Source: Macrostomum lignano
Lineage: Eukaryota
Reading direction: 5' to 3'
NCBI GenBank assembly: GCA_002269645.1
Contig: NIVC01003996.1
Location: 2,001-66,000, forward strand
DNA length: 64,000 bases
A program made the translations under genes and the position numbers. Shown here in pieces: positions 47,601 to 59,600 of the stretch; positions within the stretch are counted from its first letter, which is position 1, and the number at the start of each line of letters is the position of its first letter. A model generated the notes under the pieces. The model was not told where the DNA came from. It did not search any database and saw only the letters and a program-made list of their open reading frames with translations.

Positions 47601-50600
47601 GTTTGGGGAGTGCCATTTATTAGTTTAGGGAGTGCCATTTTCCAGTTTGGGGAGTGCCATTTTCCAGTTTAGGGAGTGCCATTTTCCAGTTTGGGGAGTG
47701 CCATTTTCCAGTTTGGGGAGTGCCATTTATTAGTTTAGGGAGTGCCATTTTCCAGTTTGGGGAGTGCCATTTTCCAGTTTAGGGAGTGCCCTTTTCCAGT
47801 TTAGGGAGTGCCATTTTCTAGTTTAAGGAAGTGCCATTTTCCAGTTTGGGGAGTGCCATTTTCCAGTTTAAGGAAGTGCCATTTTCCAGTTTGGGGAGTG
47901 CCATTTTCCAGTTTAAGGGAGTGCCATTTTCCAGTTTGGGTAGTGCCATTTTCCAGTTTAAGGGAGTGCCATTTTCCAGTTTAGGGAGTGCCATATTCCA
48001 GTTTAAGGAAGTGCCATATTCCAGTTTAAGGAAGTGCCATTTTCTAGTTTGGGGAGTGCCATTTTCCAGTTTAAGGAAGTGCCATTTTCCAGTTTGGAGA
48101 GTGCCATTTATTAGTTTGGGGAGTGCCATTTTCTAGTTTGGGGAGTGCCATTTTCTAGTTTGGGGAGTGCCATTTTCCAGTTTAAGGAAGTGCCATTTTC
48201 CAGTTTGGAGAGTGCCATTTATTAGTTTGGGGAGTGCTAATTATTAGTTTGGGGAGTGCCATTTTCCAGTTTGGGGAGTGCCATTTTCTAGTTTGGGGAG
48301 TGCCATTTTCTAGTTTGGGGAGTGCCATTTTCCAGTTTAAGGAAGTGCCATTTTCCAGTTTGGAGAGTGCCATTTATTAGTTTGGGGAGTGCCATTTTCT
48401 AGTTTGGGGAGTGCCATTTTCTAGTTTGGGGAGTGCCATTTTCCAGTTTAAGGAAGTGCCATTTTCCAGTTTGGAGAGTGCCATTTATTAGTTTGGGGAG
48501 TGCTAATTATTAGTTTGGGGAGTGCCATTTTCCAGTTTGGGGAGTGCCATTTTCTAGTTTGGGGAGTGCCATTTTCTAGTTTGGGGAGTGCCATTGTCTA
48601 GTTTGTGGAGTGCCATTTTCTAGTTTGGGGAGTGCCATTTTCTAGTTTGGGGAGTGCCATTTAGCATTCGAAGTATTTTATCTAATTATGTAATCTTGAC
48701 CCTCCATGCATACACCAATGCTCAAGTGAGTTTTGTTTATTTTACAACAGCAGCAACAAAAGAAAACCAAAACGTTGCATTCCTTTGTTGTGTCAATTTT
48801 CTAGTGTCAATCTATAATTCAGTGATGCGCTGGCTAGCGGTTCGTTTCAGTAACAAATATTCATTTAGCAAGGTCTTTGTAGATATTATCTTGTTTATCA
48901 GACCCCGATCTTGCAGGCAGATAAGCGCGAGGTGCATAGTTGTTAGTTTATGATTTCAGTTGTGTTTTTTGAAACAAAATTCGACTTCTTTAACTGTCTG
49001 TCAATCAATCAAATTAGGAAAATAATACGGCTTGTAACAGGCGCCGCTGACAAGCCAAGTGACGTATATACAATAAGTGCTAACTAATTTATGACAAAAC
49101 TGAATTAGCTTTCTTCCCAAACTTGTTGACATTCCATGTGTCCCACTCAAATTTTCACCTGCCTTTTTTGACCTCGGCCGAACCTGTACCCTATGTTTTG
49201 TTAATTAGTGTGACCTGAAAATACAGTGAAGTCTTGCTCTTTGCGAAATTTCCCTGCTTTAAGTTGAATTTTAACCATGAAATATTTGTTTGAAATTCGA
49301 TGCAGCTTTTATGGGGATCACTGCATACTTGAATCGGGGCATTGTTCATTAGGATCATGGGATTCTCGAGTCGGGATAATAGGATTCTTGATTTGGGATC
49401 ATAGGTTTCTCGATTTGGGATAATGGGATTCTCGATTTGAGATAATGGGATTCTCGATTTGGGATCATGGGATTCTTGATTTAGGATCATGGGATCCTTG
49501 ATTCGGGATAATTGGATTCTCGATTTGGAATAATGGGATTCTCGATTTTGGATAATGGGACTCTCGATTCGGGATAAGGGGATTTTCGATTCGGGATAAT
49601 GGGATTCTTGATTTGGGATCATGGGATTCTTGATTTGGGATCATGGGATTCTCGATTTGGGATCGTGGGATTCTCGATTTTGGATAATGGGATTCTCGAT
49701 TCGGGATAATGGGACTCTCGATTCGGGATAAGGGGATTTTCGATTCGGGATAATGGGATTCTCTATTTGGGATCATGGGATTTTCGATTTGGGATCGTGG
49801 GATTTTCGATTCGGGATAATGGGATTCTCTATTTGGGATCATGGGATTTTCGATTTGGGATCATGGGATTTTCGATTTTGGATCATGGGATTTTCGATTT
49901 GGGATCATGGGATTTTCGATTTTGAATCATTGTATTCTTGATTTGGGAATTTTATTTGGGATCATGGGATTCTTGATTTAGGATCATGGGATCCTTGATT
50001 CGGGATAATTGGATTCTCGATTTGGAATAATGGGATTCTCGATTTTGGATAATGGGATTCTCGATTTTGGATAATGGGACTCTCGATTCGGGATAAGGGG
50101 ATTTTCGATTCGGGATAATGGGATTCTTGATTTGGGATCATGGGATTCTCGATTTGGGATCGTGGGATTCTCGATTTTGGATAATGGGATTCTCGATTCG
50201 GGATAATGGGACTCTCGATTCGGGATAATGGGATTCTCGATTCGGGATAATGGGACTCTCGATTCGGGATAAGGGGATTTTCGATTCGGGATAATGGGAT
50301 TCTCTATTTGGGATCATGGGATTTTCGATTTGGGATCGTGGGATTTTCGATTTTGAATCATTGGATTCTTGATTTGGGAATTTTTGGGATCATGGGATTC
50401 TCGATTTAGTATGTGTGAAACTGACATTTCTTTAATGTACAAAATTTTGGCTTCAAATTTGTAATTTTTTTTTTCGGTTTTAAACAGGTTAAACTTACTG
50501 TTCCAGTGCATAAATAGTTGTTGCTCTTATCGGTGAATTAGTATGTATTTATAGGACGCTCCGCTGCGCAGACCGAATCTAGTGCACCTGCACTCATGTT

Positions 50601-53600
50601 GCTTCGGTACAGTTGTGCATCTTAGAGGGTTTGTTGTTTCTTTTTTCATAGCGCATTTGAAGTGCGTGCACAGCTGTGTGCTATAGTTGACTGTACTAGG
50701 CCCAGGGGTTGGCAAACTCCGGCCCGTGGGCCCCATGCCTTTGCGTCCTTTGAAATTTCACAATAGGAATCTGGCCCGCTTAAGGGTTGATGTCTCTTCT
50801 CTCAGCTCTCTTCTCTCTACCCTCTTTTTATCTCCTCTCTCCTGTACTCTCTTCTCTCTCCTCTCTCCCTAATCCTCTCTACCCTCTTCTTTCTCCCCTA
50901 ATCTCTTCTTTCTCTCTCCTCTCCTTTCTTCTCTCTCCCCTGTTCTCTTCTCTCTCCCCTCTCCCTAATCCTCTCTACCCTCTTCTCTCTCCTCTCTCCC
51001 TAATCCTCTCTACCCTCTTCTTTCTCCCCCTAATCTCTTCTTTCTCTCTCCTCTCCTTTCTTCTCTCCCCTCTCCTTTCTTCTCTCCCCTCTCCTTTCTT
51101 CTCTCCCATCCTCTTTTCTCTCTCCCCTGTTCTCTTCTCCCTACTCTCTCCTCTCTTCTTTCTTCCCTCCTGTCTCCTCTCTCGTCTCTTCTCTTTTCCC
51201 TCCTCTTTCTTCTTTCCTCTCTCCTCTCCTCTCCTCTCTAACCTCTCCTCTCTCCTCTTTACCCTCTTCTCTCTCCTCTCTACCCTGTTCTCTCCCCTAC
51301 TCTCTTCTCTCTCCACTACTCTCTTCTCTCCCCTCTCCCCTCTCCTCTCTTGTCTCTCCCCTCTCTACTCTCCCTGTTTCTCTTCTCTCTTCCCTCTCTC
51401 TTCCTCTCTCATATCTTCTCTCCTATCTCTCATCCCTTCTTTTCTAATTTCTCTCTCCTCTATTCAAACTATTTTTCTCTCTTATCTGGCCCGCATCCAT
51501 GAGGTATAGATTAATTATTTTTCAGGCGCTTTAAGGTAAAAAAAAGTTGTTTCGACCCCTTTGTCTGGTCTACTCGTACATATATAGACGGTGTTAAGGG
51601 ACTCTGTAGTACTATTAATTATTTGGCTACGGGCATATTCACTGTTGCACTGTTGTTCGTTGATAGGAGCGTATATTTCGAATTTTCCCATTTTATTAAT
51701 AATACCAGCTAGCTGAACGTGTGTCCGTGCAGCTATGTAAATATGAATGTGTGGATCTAGTACTGCAGTACTATTATTTTATTGTCTAGACTAAAGACCT
51801 TTCAGTGTATATAGTATAGTGAAACTGAATGACTCATTAGGAATTTCGCTTTCTACGATATGTATATATGTACGTGTAATACTCGTCGTCTGAAGTATCT
51901 GCGCAATAGGTGCAATCGTAAGTATTAATATTCAGCAATTCTTTAATAAATTGGTTACTAGTTAGCTAATTAAACGCGCACAAGGGGCGCCACAAGGGGC
52001 GCACAAGAGGTGACTAGATAGGGAACAGAGTCACTAGATAGGGAACAGAGTCACTAGATAGGGAACAGAGTCACTAGATAGGGAACAGAGTCACTAGATG
52101 GAGTGCAGAGTCACTAGATGGAGTGCAGAGTCACTAGATGGAGTGCAGAGTCACTAGATGGAGTGCAGAGTCACTAGATGGAGTGCAGAGTCACTAGATG
52201 GTTCACAGAGTTACTAGATGGATTGCAGAGTCACTAGATGGATTGCAGAGTCACTAGATGGAGTGCAGAGTCACTAGATGGATTGCAGAGTTACTAGATG
52301 GATTGCAGAGTTAGCTCGTACTAGATGGAGTGCAGAGTCACTAGATGGTGTGCAGAGTCACTAGATGGTTCACATAGTTACTAGATGGATTGCAGAGTTA
52401 CTAGATGGAGTGCAGAGTCACTAGATGGATTGCAGAGTTACTAGATGGAGTGCAGAGTCACTAGATGGTGTGCAGAGTCACTAGATGGATTGCAGAGTTA
52501 CTAGATGGAGTGCAGAGTCACTAGATGGTTCACATAGTTACTAGATGGATTGCAGAGTTACTAGATGGAGTGCAGAGTCACTAGATGGATTGCAGAGTTA
52601 CTAGATGGAGTGCAGAGTTACTAGATGGAGTGCAGAGTCACTAGATGAATTGCAGAGTTACTAGATGGATTGCAGAGTCACTAGACAGGGCACAGAGTCA
52701 CTAGATGGAGTGCAGAGTCACTAGATGAATTGCAGAGTCACTAGATGGAGTGCAGAGTCACTAGATGGATTGCAGAGTCACTAGATGGTTCACAGAGTTA
52801 CTAGATGGAGTACAGAGTCACTAGACAGGGCACAGAGTCACTAGATGGAGTGCAGAGTCACTAGATGGATTGCAGAGTCACTAGATGGTTCACAGAGTTA
52901 CTAGATGGAGTACAGAGTCACTAGATGGAGTGCAGAGTCACTAGATGGTTCACAGAGTTACTAGATGGAGTACAGAGTCACTAGATGGAGTGCAGAGTCA
53001 CTAGATGGTTCACAGAGTTACTAGATGGAGTACAGAGTCACTAGATGGATTGCAGAGTCACTAGACAGGGCACAGAGTCACTAGATGGAGTGCAGAGTCA
53101 CTAGATGGAGTACAGAGTCACTAGACAGGGCACAGAGTCACTAGATGGATTGCAGAGTCACTAGACAGGGCACAGAGTCACTAGATGGAGTGCAGAGTCA
53201 CTAGATGGATTGCAGAGTCACTAGATGGTTCACAGAGTCACTAGATGGAGTGCAGAGTCACTAGATGGAGTACAGAGTCACTAGACAGGGCACAGAGTCA
53301 CTAGATGGATTGCAGAGTCACTAGACAGGGCACAGAGTCACTAGATGGAGTGCAGAGTCACTAGATGGATTGCAGAGTCACTAGATGGTTCACAGAGTTA
53401 CTAGATGGAGTACAGAGTCACTAGATGGATTGCAGAGTCACTAGACAGGGCACAGAGTCACTAGATGGAGTGCAGAGTCACTAGATGGAGTACAGAGTCA
53501 CTAGACAGGGCACAGAGTCACTAGATGGATTGCAGAGTCACTAGACAGGGCACAGAGTCACTAGATGGAGTGCAGAGTCACTAGATGGATTGCAGAGTCA

Positions 53601-56600
53601 CTAGATGGTTCACAGAGTCACTAGATGGAGTGCAGAGTCACTAGATGGAGTACAGAGTCACTAGACAGGGCACAGAGTCACTAGATGGATTGCAGAGTCA
53701 CTAGACAGGGCACAGAGTCACTAGATGGAGTGCAGAGTCACTAGATGGATTGCAGAGTCACTAGATGGTTCACAGAGTTACTAGATGGAGTACAGAGTCA
53801 CTAGATGGAGTGCAGAGTCACTAGATGGATTGCAGAGTCACTAGATGGTTCACAGAGTTACTAGATGGAGTACAGAGTCACTAGATGGATTGCAGAGTCA
53901 CTAGACAGGGCACAGAGTCACTAGATGGAGTGCAGAGTCACTAGATGGAGTACAGAGTCACTAGATGGAGTACAGAGTCACTAGATGGAGTACAGAGTCA
54001 CTAGATGGAGTGCAGAGTCACTAGATGGATTGCAGAGTCACTAGATGGTTCACAGAGTTACTAGATGGAGTACAGAGTCACTAGATGGATTGCAGAGTCA
54101 CTAGACAGGGCACAGAGTCACTAGATGGAGTGCAGAGTCACTAGATGGAGTACAGAGTCACTAGATGGAGTACAGAGTCACTAGATGGAGTGCAGAGTCA
54201 CTAGATGGATTGCAGAGTCACTAGATGGTTCACAGAGTTACTAGATGGAGTACAGAGTCACTAGATGGATTGCAGAGTCACTAGACAGGGCACAGAGTCA
54301 CTAGATGGAGTGCAGAGTCACTAGATGGAGTACAGAGTCACTAGACAGGGCACAGAGTCACTAGATGGATTGCAGAGTCACTAGACAGGGCACAGAGTCA
54401 CTAGATGGAGTGCAGAGTCACTAGATGGATTGCAGAGTCACTAGATGGTTCACAGAGTTACTAGATGGAGTACAGAGTCACTAGATGGAGTGCAGAGTCA
54501 CTAGATGGTTCACAGAGTTACTAGATGGAGTACAGAGTCACTAGATGGATTGCAGAGTCACTAGACAGGGCACAGAGTCACTAGATGGAGTGCAGAGTCA
54601 CTAGATGGATTACAGAGTCACTAGATGGATTGCAGAGTCACTAGACAGGGCACAGAGTCACTAGATGGATTGCAGAGTCACTAGATGGATTGCAGATTCA
54701 CTAGACAGGGCACAGAGTCACTAGATGGATTGCAGAGTCACTAGACAGGGCACAGAGTCACTAGATGGATTGCAGAGTCACTAGACAGGGCACAGAGTCA
54801 CTAGATGGATTGCAGAGTCACTAGACAGGGCACAGAGTCACTAGATGGATTGCAGAGTCACTAGACAGGGCAGAGTCACTAGATGGATTGCAGAGTCACT
54901 AGACAGGGCACAGAGTCACTAGATGGATTGCAGAGTCACTAGACAGGGCACAGAGTCACTAGATGTAGTGCAGAGGAATTGCTACCAGATCACACTGGTT
55001 CTAGAGCTTATATCTCCATGAGTAAGCAGAGTAAGTACCATTGTCTATAGCGTCTGTTTGTATAAGCAGTGAGCACAAAGGCAGGCAGACTCATAAATGC
55101 TTTGAATAAATTTCAGCTAGAAGCAGGTGTCACTCTGGGGTCGTCTCCGGTCACGTGATTAAGCTGTTTATGAATAGGCGGCACTGGAACGACAGTTGGA
55201 AATATGCAAATGAAATAAAATAACAGAGAAGCGAAGCAAAGTTGACAGGAGCGTCTTTGTTTTAACTCCCTCTGACCCTTCATTTAAAAGCGTTGCGGGT
55301 TGTTAAAATTCTTTACCTCAAGGGCCTGCTAAACAATCCAGCTCATGGCTGCGGGCCAGTTGAGGGAGGAGAGGAATAGAGGAGAGAGGGAGAGAATATT
55401 AGAGATAAAAGGAGAGAAGAGATGAGAGAGAGGGGGAAATTCGAAATGCAGACACAGAAAGCCAGACTGAGACGTAGTTATAATTCCTAAACAGTGAGCG
55501 GCCTATAGTTTTGTCCAACGTGCCGAATAGCAATGTTTGTTTTAACAATGTAGTAAAGCTTTTATCTATCTTGGGTTATACTATATCGTGACCTTGACAT
55601 GGTTATAACTGCGACATTGTTTATAACAGTTATTATGGCTGATGTTTGTTAATTTTTGGGCGGTAGATAGTAGGATTCTGTGATTTTTAAGCATAAATTT
55701 GACCCCAAATCAATGGATGATAAGTTAAGGTGACCGCGATAAAAATGTGACCTCTCGTTTATGGCTCCCGAGATGTGATCTCGATTGGTTTTAGGAAATT
55801 GCATCAATTGAAATCTAAGAAAATGATCCAAATAGATTTTAAGAAATGACCCCAATCGATTCTAAGAAATTTCACCAATCGATTCTAAGAAATGTCACCA
55901 ATTGGATTCTAAGAAAATGATCCAAATAGATTCTTAGAAATAACCCAAATCGTATTCTAAGAAAATTATCAAAATAGATTCTTAGAAATAACCCAAATCG
56001 TATTCTAAGAAAATGATCCAAATAGATTCTTAGAAATAACCCAAATCGTATTCTAAGAAAATTATCAAAATAGATTCTTAGAAATAACCCAAATAGTATT
56101 CTAAGAAAATGATCCGAATAGATTTTTAGAAATAACCCAAATCGTATTCTAAGAAAATGATCCAAATAGATTCTTAGAAATAACCCAAATCGTATTCTAA
56201 GAAAATGATCCAAATAGATTCTTAGAAATAACCCAAATCGTATTCTAAGAAAATGATCCAAATAGATTCTTAGAAATAACCCAAATAGTATTCTAAGAAA
56301 ATGATCCGAATAGATTTTTAGAAATAACCCAAATCGTATTCTAAGAAAATGATCCAAATAGATTCTTAGAAATAACCCAAATCGTATTCTAAGAAAATGA
56401 TCCAAATAGATTCTTAGAAATAACCCAAATCGTATTCTAAGAAAATTATCAAAATAGATTCTTAGAAATAACCCAAATCGTATTCTAAGAAAATGATCCA
56501 AATAGATTCTTAGAAATAACCCTAATCGTATTCTAAGAAAATGATCCAAATAGATTCTTAGAAATAACCCAAATAGTATTCTAAGAAAATGATCCGAATA

Positions 56601-59600
56601 GATTTTTAGAAATAACCCAAATCGTATTCTAAGAAAATGATCCAAATAGATTCTTAGAAATAACCCAAATCGTATTCTAAGAAAATGATCCAAATAGATT
56701 CTTAGAAATAACCCAAATAGTATTCTAAGAAAATGATCCGAATAGATTCTTAGAAATAACCCAAATAGTATTCTAAGAAAATGATCCGAATAGAATTTTA
56801 GAAATAACCCAAATCGTATTCTAAGAAAATGATCCAAATAGATTCTTAGAAATAACCCAAATCGTATTCTAAGAAAATGATCCAAATAGATTCTTAGAAA
56901 TAACCCAAATAGTATTCTAAGAAAATGATCCAAATAGATTCTTAGAAATAACCCAAATAGTATTCTAAGAAAATGATCCAAATAGATTCTTAGAAATAAC
57001 CCAAATCGATTCTAAGAAATTTCACTAATCGGATTCTAAGAAAATGTCAAAATCACCCCAATCGATTCTAAGAAATTGTATCAATTGAAATCTATGAAAT
57101 GACCCCAATCGATTCTAAGAAATTGCATCAATTGAAATCTAAGAAATGACCCCAATCGATTCTAAGAAATTTCACTAATCGGATTCTAAGAAATTGCATT
57201 ATCAAATTCACAGAAATGATCCCAATCAATTCCAAGAAATGACCCTAATCAATTCCAAGAAATAATTTTAATCAATTCCAAGAAATGACCCTAATCAATT
57301 CCAAGAAATAATCCTAATCGATTCCAAGAAATGACCCTAATCAATTCCAAGAAATGACCCTAATCAATTCCAAAAAATAATCCTAATCAATTCCAAGAAA
57401 TGACTTTAATAAATTCCAAGAAATGACCCTAATCAATTCCAAGAAATGACCCTAATCAATTCCAAGAAATGACCCTAATCAATTCCAAGAAATGATCCCA
57501 ATCAATTCCAAGAAATGATCCCAATCAATTCCAAGAAATGATCCCAATCAATTCCAAGAAATGATACCAATCAATTCCAAGAAATGATCCCGATCGATTC
57601 AAAGAAATGATCCCGATCGATTCAAAGAAATGATCCCAATCAATTGAAGGAAAAACCTCAATATATTTGAATAAAAGACCTTAATGTAATATTCTCTAAC
57701 AGATTCCGAAGATGAATTATTAATAAGTACCCGCTATGGATTTCTTGATTAACTCATTCCCCACCTACAATCCCCCCATTCTGCTCAGCTCGCAGTCTTT
57801 TGAACCAGCGGGAGCCGCTGCCAGACCTTCTACTGGAGACCACCGTAGTTGACATCCGGGTGCGCAGCCAGTCTGTGCCAGTGATGCCTGAAGATGCTCA
57901 ACAGTTGCGCCTGCAAATGCGACGCGAAGAGAGCGTCGAAATGGTTGCTATGAGACTTCGACACATTGGTGACGAGATTGATAGCAGCAGGTCGTCTGTG
58001 CAAAATCGCAGCGAAGTTCTCGTGGTAAGTTTTTTTAGACCTAAAATTCCTTAAAAAATTATATTCATTTCTCTCCTTTAGTATGATTGTATTCTGAGGT
58101 CTATTTTAGTAGCTTAGTTTAGCCTGAGGTCCATTTTAGTTTAGCCTGAGGTCCATTTTAGGTTAGCCTGAGGTCCATTTAAGGTTAGCGTGAGGTCCAT
58201 TTTAGGTTAGCGTGAGGTCCATTTTAGGTTAGCCTGAGGTCCATTTAAGGTTAGCCTGAGGTCCATTTTAGGTTAGCCTGAGGTCCATTTTAGGTTAGCG
58301 TGAGGTCCATTTAAGGTTAGCCTGAGGTCCATTTAAGGTTAGCCTGAGGTCCATTTTAGGTTAGCCTGAGGTCCATTTAAGGTTAGCCTGAGGTCCATTT
58401 AAGGTTAGCCTGAGGTCCATTTAAGGTTAGCCTGAGGTCCATTTTAGGTTAGCCTGAGGTCCATTTAAGGTTAGCGTGAGGTCCATTTTAGGTTAGCGTG
58501 AGGTCCATTTAAGGTTAGCCTGAGGTCCATTTAAGGTTAGCCTGAGGTCCATTTTAGGTTAGCCTGAGGTCCATTTTAGGTTAGCCTGAGGTCCATTTAA
58601 GGTTAGCCTGAGGTCCATTTTAGGTTAGCCTGAGGTCCATTTAAGGTTAGCCTGAGGTCCATTTAAGGTTAGCCTGAGGTCCATTTAAGGTTAGTCTGAG
58701 GTCCATTTAAGGTTAGCCTGAGGTCCATTTAAGGTTAGCCTGAGGTCTATTTTAGGTTAGCCTGAGGTCCATTTAAGGTTAGCCTGAGGTCCATTTAAGG
58801 TTAGCCTGAGGTCCATTTTAGGTTAGCCTGAGGTCCATTTAAGGTTAGCCTGAGGTCCATTTAAGGTTAGCCTGAGGTCCATTTAAGGTTAGTCTGAGGT
58901 CCATTTAAGGTTAGCCTGAGGTCCATTTAAGGTTAGCCTGAGGTCTATTTTAGGTTAGCCTGAGGTCCATTTAAGGTTAGCCTGAGGTCCATTTTAGGTT
59001 AGCCTGAGGTCCATTTTAGGTTAGCCTGAGGTCCATTTAAGGTTAGCCTGAGGTCCATTTTAGGTTAGCCTGAGGTCCATTTAAGGTTAGCCTGAGGTCC
59101 ATTTAAGGTTAGCCTGAGGTCCATTTTAGGTTAGCCTGAGGTCCATTTTAGGTTAGCCTGAGATCCATTTAAGGTTAGCGTGAGGTCCATTTTAGGTTAG
59201 CGTGAGGTCCATTTAAGGTTAGCCTGAGGTCCATTTAAGGTTAGCCTGAGGTCCATTTTAGGTTAGCCTGAGGTCCATTTTAGGTTAGCCTGAGGTCCAT
59301 TTAAGGTTAGCCTGAGGTCCATTTTAGGTTAGCCTGAGGTCCATTTAAGGTTAGCCTGAGGTCCATTTTAGGTTAGCCTGAGGTCCATTTAAGGTTAGTC
59401 TGAGGTCCATTTTAGGTTAGCCTGAGGTCCATTTAAGGTTAGCCTGAGGTCCATTTAAGGTTAGCCTGAGGTCCATTTTAGGTTAGCGTGAGGTCCATTT
59501 AAGGTTAGCCTGAGGTCCATTTTAGGTTAGCCTGAGGTCCATTTTAGGTTAGCCTGAGGTCCATTTAAGGTTAGCGTGAGGTCCATTTTAGGTTAGCCTG

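Noticed and set aside
55872-56981. 369-aa hydrophobic repeat ORF
   Set aside because: Antisense translation of the 48-bp intronic satellite.
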